Of a stretch of DNA of 64,000 bases, positions 31,082 through 40,585 are shown one piece after another. Made by a program: the position numbers and the translations under genes. Position 1 is the stretch's first letter. Every line of letters begins with the position of its first letter. Below the pieces are notes generated by a model. The model worked only from the letters and a program-made list of their open reading frames with translations. It was not told the DNA's origin and searched no databases. The DNA comes from an uncultured bacterium (GTDB lineage Bacteria; Desulfobacterota; Deferrimicrobia; Deferrimicrobiales; Deferrimicrobiaceae), in assembly GCA_964612075.1 (NCBI GenBank), contig CAZTFC010000007.1, forward strand, positions 4,249 through 68,248, in the 5' to 3' direction.

Positions 31082-31927
31082 ATGATCGAGTACAAGGCAT
31101 ACCACAAGACGGGCCTCGGGAAGCGGGGAGGCAGGGGGCGGGCCGTGCGGAGGAAGGGGAAGGGGCGGGCGGAAAGCGCTCCCTCCCCGCAGGCGCGCAT
31201 GCGGGCCGCCGCGTGGATCCTCGCCGTCCTGGCCGCCGTGGCCCTCGTGGGCGCGGCGTCGGCCTGGTCGTATTCGCGGATGGCGCGCTCTCCCATGTTC
31301 ACCGTGCGCTCGATCGACATGAACCCCTGCGCGAACGTGACGAAGGAGGAGGTCTGGTCGATCGTCCGGGGGGTGGGGAAGCGGAACATCTGGGCCGTCC
31401 CCGCGGGCGAGGTCTCCAGGAGGCTGGCGTCGCACCCGTGGGTCCGCACGGTGTCCGTGCGGAAATCCTTCCCCGACCGCCTCGTGGTGCGGATCGGGGA
31501 GCAGCGCCCGGTCGCGATGGTGAACCTGGACGCGCTCTGGTACGTGAACGACGAGGGGAGGCCGTTCAAGCGGCTCACGGCGTACGACCCGAAGAACCTG
31601 GCGATCGTCACCGGGTTCTCGGTGAGCGACCTTCGGGCGAAGGACGCGGTGACGGCGAGGAATTTCCGCAAAAGCCTGGAACTGCTGGCGCTCGCGGAGG
31701 CGGGGCCGCTGAGCAAGAACCTCTCCGAGGTGCATTACGACGCCCAGGAAGGGTACACGCTCGTGACCCGGGACACCGGCGTCCAGTTCAAGATCGGCGG
31801 GATGGATTTCCAGAAGGCGATACGGCGGGTGGAGGAGGCGCTGCCGAGGGTGTCGGCCCTTGGCAAGTCTCCGGGCATCGTCGACCTCAAGACGGAGGGC
31901 CGCATCTTCGTGCGGCCGGGGGAATGA
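31082..31927 (+). CDS. ftsQ: cell division protein FtsQ/DivIB
   Basis: Single TM helix plus POTRA-like domain. Sits between ddl and ftsA. Confidence 0.8.
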   Translation: MIEYKAYHKTGLGKRGGRGRAVRRKGKGRAESAPSPQARMRAAAWILAVLAAVALVGAASAWSYSRMARSPMFTVRSIDMNPCANVTKEEVWSIVRGVGKRNIWAVPAGEVSRRLASHPWVRTVSVRKSFPDRLVVRIGEQRPVAMVNLDALWYVNDEGRPFKRLTAYDPKNLAIVTGFSVSDLRAKDAVTARNFRKSLELLALAEAGPLSKNLSEVHYDAQEGYTLVTRDTGVQFKIGGMDFQKAIRRVEEALPRVSALGKSPGIVDLKTEGRIFVRPGE

Positions 31928-33157
31928 ATGGACACGGCGCATGATCAGGTGATCGCGGGACTGGACATTGGGTCGAGCAAGGTGGCCACGGTCCTCGGGA
32001 GGAAGACGCCGGAGGGCGTCGAGATCCTCGGCATGGGGGAATGCCCCACCGAGGGGATGCGCAAGGGCGCGGTCGTGAACGTGGACGCCACGGTCAAGTC
32101 GATCCGCCAAAGCGTCACCGAGGCGGAACGGATGACGGGCCTCAACGTCGAGTCGGTCTACGTCGGCATCTCCGGCCCGCTGATCAAGTCGTTCAACAGC
32201 CACGCCGCCATCTCGGTGAAGAACGAGCGGGAGGTGACGAACGGCGACTTCACCCGGGTCCTGGAGATCGCGCGGACGGTGGAGCTGCCGAACGACCGGG
32301 AGATCCTGCACGTCCTGACCCAGGAGTTCATCGTCGACGACATGGCGGGGATCAAGGACCCCCGCGGGATGACGGGGATCCGGCTCGACGCGCGCGTCCA
32401 CGTGGTGACGAACGACGTCCCCGGCGCGCGCAACCTGCTCCGGTGCGTCGAGAAGGCGGCGCTCGGCGTCGAGTCGCTCGTTTTGTCCCCCCTGGCCTCC
32501 GCCGAGGCGGTGCTCACGGCCGAGGAGCGCGAGGTGGGCGTGGCGCTGATGGATTTCGGGGGCGGCACCGTGGAGATGGTGATCTTCTACGACGGCGCCC
32601 TGCGGCACACGTACGTCCTTCCCCTCGGGGGGAGCAACATCACCTCCGACGTGGCGATCGGCCTGAAGCTGCCCAACGCCGACGCGGAGGCGCTGAAGGT
32701 CTCCTCGGGGTGCGCGATGATCCAGAAGGTGCGGCGCGACGAGCTGGTGGAGCTGCCGGGGGTCGGCGGCCGCCAGCCCAGGCCGCTGCGGCGGCAGCAC
32801 CTGAGCGAGATCGTCGAGCCGAGAGCGGAGGAAATCTTCGCGCTCATGCGGAAGGAGATCCTCCGGTCGGGCTACGAGGACAGCCTGGGCGCGGGCGTGG
32901 TGCTGACGGGCGGCGGGGCGCTGCTCGACGGCCTGCCGGACCTCGGGGAGCGGGTGTTCCGGCTCCCGGTGCGGCGCGGCGGCCCCATCGGGATCGGGGG
33001 GCTGGTGGAGGTCGTCAACAGCCCCGCCTACTCCACCGCGGTCGGCCTCGTCATCTACGGCGCGCGGGCGTCCGAGACGGTGGTCGAGCGGCAGGAGGAG
33101 GCTCCCTCGGCGGGGATCATCGACCGAGTGAAGAAATACCTGTCCGAATTCTTTTAG
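31928..33157 (+). CDS. ftsA: cell division protein FtsA
   Basis: Actin-like ATPase (IAGLDIGSSKV...). 409 aa. Confidence 0.93.
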   Translation: MDTAHDQVIAGLDIGSSKVATVLGRKTPEGVEILGMGECPTEGMRKGAVVNVDATVKSIRQSVTEAERMTGLNVESVYVGISGPLIKSFNSHAAISVKNEREVTNGDFTRVLEIARTVELPNDREILHVLTQEFIVDDMAGIKDPRGMTGIRLDARVHVVTNDVPGARNLLRCVEKAALGVESLVLSPLASAEAVLTAEEREVGVALMDFGGGTVEMVIFYDGALRHTYVLPLGGSNITSDVAIGLKLPNADAEALKVSSGCAMIQKVRRDELVELPGVGGRQPRPLRRQHLSEIVEPRAEEIFALMRKEILRSGYEDSLGAGVVLTGGGALLDGLPDLGERVFRLPVRRGGPIGIGGLVEVVNSPAYSTAVGLVIYGARASETVVERQEEAPSAGIIDRVKKYLSEFF

Positions 33158-33193
33158 GTACCGGAATCCGGGCTTTCAAAAAGGGGGAAACGG

Positions 33194-34399
33194 ATGGAGA
33201 CGATGGAACGGGAAGAGGGGAAATCGAGGCTGTTCACGATCATCGAGGAGAACCGCTGCACCGCCGTCATCAAGGTGTTCGGCGTGGGCGGCGGCGGTGG
33301 GAACGCCGTCAACAACATGATCGAGGAAGGGCTGCAGGGGGTGGAGTTCATCGCCGCCAACACGGACGCGCAGGCCCTCTCGCGGAACCTGGCCCCGCTC
33401 AAGCTCCAGATGGGCGCCAGGCTGACGAAGGGGCTGGGTGCGGGGGCCAACCCCGAGATCGGGCGCGAGGCGGCGCTCGAGGACCGCGAGCTGCTCCGGG
33501 AGGCGCTCGCGGGGGCGGACATGGTCTTCATCACCGCCGGCATGGGTGGCGGCACGGGGACCGGCGCTGCGCCGGTCGTGGCGGAGGTGGCGAAGGAGGT
33601 CGGGGCGCTGACGGTGGCCGTCGTGACCCGGCCGTTCACGTTCGAGGGGCAGACCCGCAAGCGCCAGGCGGACATGGGATTCAAGGACCTGCGGACCCTC
33701 GTCGACACGATCATCGTCATCCCGAACGAGAAGCTGCTCCTGATCGCGGGCAAGGACATGAAGTTCGTCGAGGCGTTCCGGAAGGTGGACGACGTCCTCT
33801 TCCAGGCGGTGCGGGGGATCTCCGAGCTGGTCACCAAGCCGGGGTACATCAACCTGGACTTCGCGGACGTGAAGACGGTCATGAAGGGTATGGGGCTGGC
33901 GCTGATGGGCACCGGGTCCGCCTCGGGCCAGAACCGGGCGGTGGCGGCCGCGGAGAAGGCGATCTCGAGCCCCCTCCTCGAGGACGTCTCGATCCGGGGC
34001 GCGCGCGGGGTGCTCATCAACATCACGGCGGGGCCGTCCCTCTCCTTGAGCGAGGTCAACGAGGCGGCGAGCCTGATCCGCGAGGAGGCCTCCGACGAGG
34101 CGAACATCATCTTCGGGACGGTGATCGACGAGACGCTGGAGGACGAGCTGAAGGTCACCGTGGTGGCGACCGGCTTCGAGCCGAACGTCGCGGAGGGGCC
34201 CTGGAAGAGCCAGCGGAAGGGGATCAAGCTGGTCAGCCGCACGGAGGACCTGCAGAAGCCCGCCTTCCTGCGCAACGCCGCGCAGATCGGCCTCGCGGAG
34301 GAGCGCGTCGAGGACCTGCCGCTGATCGACAAGGAGTCGGAGATCGAGTCGCTGGACGACTTCGAGATCCCGACCTTCCTGCGCCGGCGGGGGGAATAG
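33194..34399 (+). CDS. ftsZ: cell division GTPase FtsZ
   Basis: Tubulin signature GGGTGTG, N-terminal [15 protein letters not shown], conserved C-terminal peptide [11 protein letters not shown]. Confidence 0.95.
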   Translation: METMEREEGKSRLFTIIEENRCTAVIKVFGVGGGGGNAVNNMIEEGLQGVEFIAANTDAQALSRNLAPLKLQMGARLTKGLGAGANPEIGREAALEDRELLREALAGADMVFITAGMGGGTGTGAAPVVAEVAKEVGALTVAVVTRPFTFEGQTRKRQADMGFKDLRTLVDTIIVIPNEKLLLIAGKDMKFVEAFRKVDDVLFQAVRGISELVTKPGYINLDFADVKTVMKGMGLALMGTGSASGQNRAVAAAEKAISSPLLEDVSIRGARGVLINITAGPSLSLSEVNEAASLIREEASDEANIIFGTVIDETLEDELKVTVVATGFEPNVAEGPWKSQRKGIKLVSRTEDLQKPAFLRNAAQIGLAEERVEDLPLIDKESEIESLDDFEIPTFLRRRGE

Positions 34400-34422
34400 G
34401 CGGAGCGGGGGAAGCCCGGGCC

Positions 34423-36171
34423 TTGGGGAGGCCGCCGCGGGGCGGAGCGCGCCGGGAGCGGGAGACCGGCGCCGTCCGCAAGGAGTGGGGAGGCAGGAAG
34501 CGGGTCGCCCTGGTCTACCCGAACTCGTACGCGGCGGGGATGTCGAACCTGGGCTTCCTGCTGGTCCACGCGCAGGTCAACGCGCGGCCCGGGGCGCTGT
34601 GCGAGCGGGCTTTCCTCCCCGGGCGCGGCGGGCGCGGGCCGGCCGCCCGCCTTGCCGCGCGGCGGGCGCACGCCCCGGCGGAGCCGTCCGCGGGCACGAC
34701 GCTCGAGAGCGGCCGCCCGCTTTCGGATTTCGACGTCGTCGCCGTTTCCCTCTCCTATGAAAACGACCTCCTGAACCTCCCCGGCATCCTCGCCGCGGGC
34801 GGGGTCCCCCCGTTCCGGGAGGACCGGCTCGCCTCCGGCGGCCGCCACCCGCTCGTCGTCGCCGGGGGATTCGCCGCCTCGCTCAACCCCGAGCCGTGCG
34901 GCGTCTTCGCGGACGCGGTCGCCGTCGGGGACGGGGAGCGCGCCGTGGAGTCGCTCCTCGACCTCGGGGAAGGCGACCCGGCCGACCCGGGCTTCCTGCG
35001 CGCGCTTTCCGAAGTCCCCGGGGTGTATGTCCCGTGGGGGTACCAGGCCGTCCACGAGAGGGACGGCGGGCTTCCCGCGGCCGGACGGCTCCTCTCGCTG
35101 AGGCCCCGGCCGGGCTTCCCGGAGCGCGTCGCCCGGGAGGAGCTCGACCTTCGCGCCCTTCCGCCGCCGCCGCCCGTCGTCCTCGCGGAAGACACCGAGC
35201 TCGGCGGCATGTCGCTCGTCGAGACGTCGCGGGGGTGCCCGCGGATGTGCGGCTTCTGCGCCGCGGCGCACGCCTGTCCCGCGTTCCGGGAGTTCCCCCT
35301 CGAGCGCGTCCGGGCGGCCGTCGACGCGGCGTGGCCGCACCGGAGGAAAGTGGGGCTGATCGGGGCGGCGGTGCTGGACTGGGGCCCGTTCCGGGAGCTG
35401 GCCCGGGAAATTCTCGAGCGCGGGGGGAGCGTGTCGCCCGCCTCCGTGCGGGCCGACCTCGTCGACGCGGAAGTCGCGGAGATCCTCTCGCGGAGCGGGC
35501 ACCGCACCGTGGCGCTCGCGCCCGAGTGCGGCGACGCGGGGCTGCGGTCCCGCGTCGGGAAGCGGATCCCGGACGAAGCGTTCTTCGAGGCGGCCAGCCG
35601 CCTGGTGCGCGCGGGGATCGTGTCGTTCAAGCTCTATTTCCTCATCGGGCTGCCCGGGACGGCGCGGGAGGAGGAAGCCGCGGGGATCGCGGGGTTCCTC
35701 CGGGAATTCCGGGGGCGCGTCCTCGGCGAGGCGCGCGTCTTCGGAAGGATGGGGACGATCACCGCGGTCCTGTCCCCCTTCGTGCCCAAGCCGGCCACGC
35801 CGCTGCAGTGGGCGGCGATGGCCGGGGAGGGCGAGCTTGCGGCCCGACAGGAGGCGGTGGCCGCCAACGTCCGGACGGTGCCGAACCTCCGGTGGACCGG
35901 CGAACGGCCGCGCGACGCGGTACTGCAGGGATACCTCGGGCTGTCCGACCGCCTCGTGGCGGAGGACCTCCGCAGGGTGAGGGGAGGCAGGCTTCCCGGG
36001 TCGGCGCCGGGGCTCGGGATGAGGCTGGCCGCGGTCGTTCACCGGGAAAAGGCGCCCGACGAGTTCTTCCCCTGGGACGTGGTGGAAGGAGGCCCGGCGA
36101 AAGAGGCGCTGCGCGCCCGCTACGAGGCGTACCTGCGCGGGGGAGCTACCCCTCCGTTACCCGGATCATGA
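34423..36171 (+). CDS. B12-binding-like domain radical SAM protein (TIGR03960-like, function unknown)
   Basis: Radical SAM cysteine triad CPRMCGFC. N-terminal block KRVALVYPNSYAAGMSNLG...DFDVVAVSLSYE...NPEP...GDGE is typical of this uncharacterised radical SAM family. The 5' end is uncertain: no ATG or GTG precedes the conserved KRVALVYP; TTG 34423 is the nearest in-frame start. Confidence 0.65.
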   Translation: MGRPPRGGARRERETGAVRKEWGGRKRVALVYPNSYAAGMSNLGFLLVHAQVNARPGALCERAFLPGRGGRGPAARLAARRAHAPAEPSAGTTLESGRPLSDFDVVAVSLSYENDLLNLPGILAAGGVPPFREDRLASGGRHPLVVAGGFAASLNPEPCGVFADAVAVGDGERAVESLLDLGEGDPADPGFLRALSEVPGVYVPWGYQAVHERDGGLPAAGRLLSLRPRPGFPERVAREELDLRALPPPPPVVLAEDTELGGMSLVETSRGCPRMCGFCAAAHACPAFREFPLERVRAAVDAAWPHRRKVGLIGAAVLDWGPFRELAREILERGGSVSPASVRADLVDAEVAEILSRSGHRTVALAPECGDAGLRSRVGKRIPDEAFFEAASRLVRAGIVSFKLYFLIGLPGTAREEEAAGIAGFLREFRGRVLGEARVFGRMGTITAVLSPFVPKPATPLQWAAMAGEGELAARQEAVAANVRTVPNLRWTGERPRDAVLQGYLGLSDRLVAEDLRRVRGGRLPGSAPGLGMRLAAVVHREKAPDEFFPWDVVEGGPAKEALRARYEAYLRGGATPPLPGS

Positions 36172-36547
36172 CGTTGCGGGTCCTCGGGCCGTCGAACTCG
36201 CATAAAAAGATCGACTGCCACGTGCCGAGGACGAGCTGCCCCGCCTCGATGAACACGGCGACGCTCGAGCCGATGATCCCCGCCTTGATGTGGGCGTGGG
36301 CGTTGCCCTCGGCGTGCCTGTAGGGCCCGGCGGCAGGGGCGATCTTCTCGAGGCAGTTCAGGATGTCCTGCCGGACGTCGGGGTCGGCGTTCTCGTTGAT
36401 CGTTACGGCCGCCGTGGTGTGGGGGATGAAGACGTGCACGACGCCGCTTTTCACGCCGCTCTCGCGGACGACGAGCCGCACGTGCTTCGTGATGTCGAGG
36501 AAGAGCTGCCTTCCCTCGGTCTTCACGGTGATCGTCTTGAAACCCAT
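36146..36547 (-). CDS. yjbQ: YjbQ/UPF0047 family protein (secondary thiamine-phosphate synthase-like)
   Basis: 133 aa with the characteristic HTTAAVTINENADPDV and GNAHAHIKAGIIG motifs. Confidence 0.85.
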   Translation of the reverse strand: MGFKTITVKTEGRQLFLDITKHVRLVVRESGVKSGVVHVFIPHTTAAVTINENADPDVRQDILNCLEKIAPAAGPYRHAEGNAHAHIKAGIIGSSVAVFIEAGQLVLGTWQSIFLCEFDGPRTRNVMIRVTEG

Positions 36548-36636
36548 GGGTGCGCTCCGCCGGGAAACGATGTCCTACATACAATGAGTACCACGCCGGG
36601 TCGTGCCGGGGCAAGCCGAAGGCGTCCCGGCGGCGT

Positions 36637-36665
36637 TTGCCGTCCCGCCGCCGATTCCCTATAAT
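36637..36665 (+). promoter_or_regulatory. sigma70-like promoter for maf, possibly leaderless
   Basis: TTGCCG, 17-nt spacer, TATAAT ending about 8 nt before the maf GTG. No Shine-Dalgarno sequence in between. Confidence 0.4.
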
Positions 36666-36673
36666 GCATTCCC

Positions 36674-37303
36674 GTGAGCCCGATCGCCCGCCTGATCCTC
36701 GCGTCCGAATCCCCCCGCCGCCGGGAGCTCCTGTCCGCCCTGGGCGTGCCGTTCCGCGTCGTTCCGTCGGGGGTCGACGAGATCCCTCGCCCGGCCGAGC
36801 CGCCCGCGCGCTTCGTCCGCCGGGCGGCGCTGGACAAGGGGATGGAGGTCGCCGGCAGGCATCCGGGGTCCTTCGTCCTTTCCGCGGACACGATCGTCGT
36901 GGCCGGGGGGAGGATCCTCGGCAAGCCGCGGGACCGGGCGGACGCCCGAAGGATGGTGTCCTCCCTCGCGGGGCGCGAGCACAGGGTCTACACGTCCGTG
37001 TGCCTGCTGTGCGCGGGCACGGGGTACAGCGACGTCGGCACCGAGGTGACCCGGGTAATCTTCCGTCCCCTGACGCGGGACGAGGTGGCGGCGTACGTCC
37101 GGACGGGGGAGTGCGACGACAAGGCGGGCGCCTACGCCGCGCAGGGGGCGGGGATGCTCCTCATCGACCGCATCTCCGGATCGTTCACGAACGTGGTCGG
37201 GCTGCCGATGACCCGGGTCGTGGCGATGCTGCAAAAGGCCCGGTTGATTACGGTTTCCCCAGTCGGTCCGGGGTGTTATGCTCTTGCGGGGAGGAAGGGA
37301 TGA
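36674..37303 (+). CDS. maf: Maf-like nucleoside triphosphate pyrophosphatase (septum formation protein Maf)
   Basis: LILASESPRRRELL N-terminus. Maf/Ham1 fold. GTG start. Confidence 0.85.
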   Translation: MSPIARLILASESPRRRELLSALGVPFRVVPSGVDEIPRPAEPPARFVRRAALDKGMEVAGRHPGSFVLSADTIVVAGGRILGKPRDRADARRMVSSLAGREHRVYTSVCLLCAGTGYSDVGTEVTRVIFRPLTRDEVAAYVRTGECDDKAGAYAAQGAGMLLIDRISGSFTNVVGLPMTRVVAMLQKARLITVSPVGPGCYALAGRKG

Positions 37304-38004
37304 GCGCCGGGAGCCAGACGGTCGCCGGAAACGCGGGCCGGGTCCTCGAACGGATCGCCGCCGCGGAGCGGCGCGCGGGGCGCAGCCCCGGCTCGGTGAA
37401 GCTGGTGGCCGCGTCCAAGACCCAGCCGCTCTCCCTGATCCTCGAGGCGCACGCCGCGGGGATATCCGTCTTCGGGGAGAATTACGTCCAGGAGGCCGAG
37501 GAGAAGATCCCGGGGCTGCCGGGCGCCGAGTGGCACATGATCGGGAAGCTCCAGAGCAACAAGGTCCGCAGGGCCGTTTCGCTGTTTTCCTGGATCCAGA
37601 CGGTCGATTCGGCGAAGCGGGCGGAGGAGGTCTCCCGGTGTGCCGTCGAGGCGCGCAAGGTCGTGCCCGTCCTGCTCGAAGTGAACCTCGAGGAAGAGGA
37701 GAGCAAGGCGGGGGTCGCGCCGGCCGGTCTGCGCCTTCTGGCCGAGGCCGCCCTGGGGCTGCCCGGGCTTGCGGTTTCCGGGCTGATGGCGATCCCGCCG
37801 TACGGGCTCGACCCCGAGGAGAGCCGGCCGTACTTCGTCCGGCTGCGGGGCTTGCGGGACGCGCTCGCGCGGGAGTTCCCCGCGGCGGACCTGAAGGAAC
37901 TGTCGATGGGAATGTCGGGCGACTTCGAGGCCGCGATCGAGGAAGGGGCGACGATGGTACGCGTCGGGACCGCGATCTTCGGGGTCCGCCACGGGAGGGG
38001 ATGA
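37300..38004 (+). CDS. yggS: YggS-family pyridoxal-phosphate homeostasis protein (PLPBP)
   Basis: Alanine-racemase-N-like TIM barrel (KLVAASKTQP, HMIGKLQSNK, ELSMGMSGDFEAAIEEGATMVRVGTAIFG). ATGA overlap with maf. Confidence 0.9.
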   Translation: MSAGSQTVAGNAGRVLERIAAAERRAGRSPGSVKLVAASKTQPLSLILEAHAAGISVFGENYVQEAEEKIPGLPGAEWHMIGKLQSNKVRRAVSLFSWIQTVDSAKRAEEVSRCAVEARKVVPVLLEVNLEEEESKAGVAPAGLRLLAEAALGLPGLAVSGLMAIPPYGLDPEESRPYFVRLRGLRDALAREFPAADLKELSMGMSGDFEAAIEEGATMVRVGTAIFGVRHGRG

Positions 38005-38005
38005 A

Positions 38006-38809
38006 ATGACGACGGGCCTGGGGTTCATCGGGGCGGGGAACATGGGGGAGGCGATGATCCGCGGCGTGCTCTCCGCGAAGCTGTACCCCGCGGACCGCGT
38101 GTTCGTGCACGACACGGCCGCCGGCCGGTCCGAGGCGCTGCGGCACCGGCTCGGGGTGTCCGTCGCGTCGTCCGTTGCGGAGCTCCTGGAAGCGTGCGAC
38201 ACCGTCGTCGTGGCCGTGAAGCCGCAGGTCCTCCCGGAGGCGCTGGCCGGGATCCCGAAAGACGCGGCCCGGGGGAAGACGTTCGTCTCCATCGTGGCGG
38301 GGGTCCGGGCAGAGGCGTTCGAGCGGGCGCTGGGGGAGGGCGCGAAGGTCGTGCGGACGATGCCCAACACGCCGGCGCAGGTCGGGATGGGGAGCACGGG
38401 GGTCTTCTTCTCCGCGGGGGTGGATCCGGCGACCCGGGAGCGCGTGCGGGCGATCCTTTCCTCCTTCGGCGAGGTGGCCGAGATGCCCCGGGAGGAGCTG
38501 CTCGACGTCGTGACGGCGCTGTCCGGCTCCGGCCCGGCCTACGCGTTCCTGTTCCTCGAGGCGCTGGCGGACGGGGCCGTGCGGGCCGGGATGGGGCGGG
38601 CCGAGGCGTACCGGCTGGCCGCCGCCACGCTGGAGGGCGCCGCAAGGATGGTCCGCGAGACGGGGAGGCACCCCGCGGAGCTCAAGGACATGGTCATGTC
38701 CCCCGGGGGGACGACCGCGGCCGGGGTGGAGGCGCTGGAGCGCGGGGCCTTCCGCGCGACGGTGATGGACGCCGTGCTGGCCGCATGGAAGAGGTGCCGC
38801 GAGCTGTAG
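38006..38809 (+). CDS. proC: pyrroline-5-carboxylate reductase
   Basis: GFIGAGNMGEAM Rossmann motif and ProC C-terminal dimerisation domain (MSPGGTTAAG). Confidence 0.9.
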   Translation: MTTGLGFIGAGNMGEAMIRGVLSAKLYPADRVFVHDTAAGRSEALRHRLGVSVASSVAELLEACDTVVVAVKPQVLPEALAGIPKDAARGKTFVSIVAGVRAEAFERALGEGAKVVRTMPNTPAQVGMGSTGVFFSAGVDPATRERVRAILSSFGEVAEMPREELLDVVTALSGSGPAYAFLFLEALADGAVRAGMGRAEAYRLAAATLEGAARMVRETGRHPAELKDMVMSPGGTTAAGVEALERGAFRATVMDAVLAAWKRCREL

Positions 38810-38840
38810 CGGCAACGGAGAAGGGAGGATCGAAAAAAAG

Positions 38841-39140
38841 ATGTTCGTCGCCGGGAACCTGGTCTACGCGCTGGCAAAGATCGTCGACATCGTGCTTTCG
38901 GCGTACATGTGGGTCTTCATCATCCGCGCGGTGCTGTCGTGGGTCAGCCCCGACCCGTACAACCCGATCGTCCGGGTGATCCACGGGCTGACCGAGCCGG
39001 TCCTCTCGCCGCTGCGCAGGAAGCTCCCGCTGTACGCGGGATCGATCGACTTCTCGATCGTCGTCGTCGTGCTGATCATCGTCTTCCTGCAGTACTTCGT
39101 CGTCCGGTCGCTCTTCGAGCTCGCCGTGCGGATGTCGTGA
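38841..39140 (+). CDS. yggT: YggT-family membrane protein
   Basis: 99 aa, two TM helices. Typical YggT sequence (IVDIVLSAYMWVFIIRAVLSWV). Confidence 0.85.
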   Translation: MFVAGNLVYALAKIVDIVLSAYMWVFIIRAVLSWVSPDPYNPIVRVIHGLTEPVLSPLRRKLPLYAGSIDFSIVVVVLIIVFLQYFVVRSLFELAVRMS

Positions 39141-39469
39141 AGGAGGCCAAGCCGCCGTCGGCCACCCTCTCCGTGCGGGTCGTTCCCCGCGCGGCGAAGG
39201 AGGGCGTCGCCGGCCATGAAGGCGGGGTGCTGCGGATCCGCCTGAACGCGCCCCCGGTGGAAGGCAGGGCGAACGAGGCCCTCGCCCGGTTCCTTTCGAA
39301 GGCCCTGGGCGTTCCCCGCGCAAGCGTGACGTTGGTGGCCGGGGAAAAGGGGCGCAGCAAGATCGTCCGGATCGAGGGGATGACCCTCGAGGCGGCCCTG
39401 GAGGCCCTTATTCCACCCGGTGGACCCAGCGGTGACGGTCCTCGACCTCCCCGTACTGGATCCCGGTGA
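39137..39469 (+). CDS. yggU: DUF167 (YggU-like) protein
   Basis: Homology to YggU (VRVVPRAAKEG...GGVLRIRLNAPPVEGRANEAL...KGRSKIVRIEG). GTGA overlap with yggT. The C-terminal tail overlaps the 3' end of ilvE on the opposite strand. Confidence 0.75.
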   Translation: MKEAKPPSATLSVRVVPRAAKEGVAGHEGGVLRIRLNAPPVEGRANEALARFLSKALGVPRASVTLVAGEKGRSKIVRIEGMTLEAALEALIPPGGPSGDGPRPPRTGSR

Positions 39470-40481
39470 TCCCCTCGTAGAACCGCAGCGACAGCTCCCC
39501 CACCTTGCCGTCCCCGACGCGGACTTCCTGCCCGCGGTAGGCGAAGGCGCCGACGGGCGAGATGACCGCCGCCGTCCCCGAGCCGAACGCCTCGGTGAGC
39601 GAGCCGTCCTCGGCCCTCCGGATCACCTCGTCGATCTCGACGGGGCGCTCGTAGACCGGGATCTTCCACTCCCTCGCCAGCTCGATGACCGAGTCGCGCG
39701 TGACGCCGGGGAGGATCGAACCGGACAACGGGGGCGTCACGAGCTCGCCGCCGAAGACGAAGAAGATGTTCATCGTCCCGACCTCTTCCACGAAGCGGCG
39801 ACGCTCCGCGTCGAGCCACAGGACCTGGTCGTACCCCTTCGCCTTGGCCTCCTTCGCCGCCAGGATGCTGGCCGCGTAGTTCGCCCCCGTCTTTGCCTCG
39901 CCCAGGCCCCCGCGCGTGGCGCGGATGTAGTTCTCCTCCACGAGGATGCTAACGGGCTCGAACCCCTTCGCGTAGTACGCGCCCACCGGCCCGGTGACGA
40001 TGAAGTAGATGTATTCCGTGGACGGGTGGACGCCCAGCGCCGATTCCGTGGCGATCATCGCCGGGCGGATGTAGAGCGAGGCGCCGTTGTTGCGGGGGAT
40101 CCAGTCCCGGTCGATCCGGACCAGCTCCTCGATGGCACGGATCTGGTCCTCGACGGGGACCGGCGGCATGCACAGGCGCGACGCCGAGCGGTTCATCCGC
40201 TCCGCGTTGCGTTCCGGGCGGAAGAGGCAGATCCCGCCGTCCTTCGAGTAGTACGCCTTGAGCCCCTCGAAGATCTCCTGGGCGTAATGGAGCACGACCG
40301 CCGTGGGGAGCAGGTCCAGCGGCCCGAACGGGACGATCCGCGGGTCGATCCAGCCCTTGCCCTCGACGTAGTTCATGAGGAACATGTGGTCGGAGAAGAT
40401 CTTTCCGAACCCCAACGCCTTGTCGCTCGCCGGCTTGGGACGCAGGCGGTCCGGCGCCGCCCTCGTGATTTGGATTTTCAT
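39408..40481 (-). CDS. ilvE: branched-chain amino acid aminotransferase
   Basis: Class IV PLP aminotransferase (EGLKAYY...LYIRP..., GANYAASILAAKEAKAKG, catalytic-lysine region). Start taken at MKIQIT. Confidence 0.9.
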   Translation of the reverse strand: MKIQITRAAPDRLRPKPASDKALGFGKIFSDHMFLMNYVEGKGWIDPRIVPFGPLDLLPTAVVLHYAQEIFEGLKAYYSKDGGICLFRPERNAERMNRSASRLCMPPVPVEDQIRAIEELVRIDRDWIPRNNGASLYIRPAMIATESALGVHPSTEYIYFIVTGPVGAYYAKGFEPVSILVEENYIRATRGGLGEAKTGANYAASILAAKEAKAKGYDQVLWLDAERRRFVEEVGTMNIFFVFGGELVTPPLSGSILPGVTRDSVIELAREWKIPVYERPVEIDEVIRRAEDGSLTEAFGSGTAAVISPVGAFAYRGQEVRVGDGKVGELSLRFYEGITGIQYGEVEDRHRWVHRVE

Positions 40482-40585
40482 AGTGCACAGAATATACCGC
40501 AAACCGGTTTCCCCGGAAAGTCGCCCGCTGTGGTATGTTGCGATATGGTGCCGGTTACCGGATCCTTGAGATTAGGGAGCGGTGT

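Noticed and set aside
32041-34422. N-terminal 800 codons of the 1376-aa ORF 32041..36171, which would fuse across ftsA and ftsZ into the radical SAM gene.
   Set aside because: Only the last about 580 codons match a radical SAM protein. The upstream part is an out-of-frame read-through of ftsA/ftsZ with low-complexity translation.
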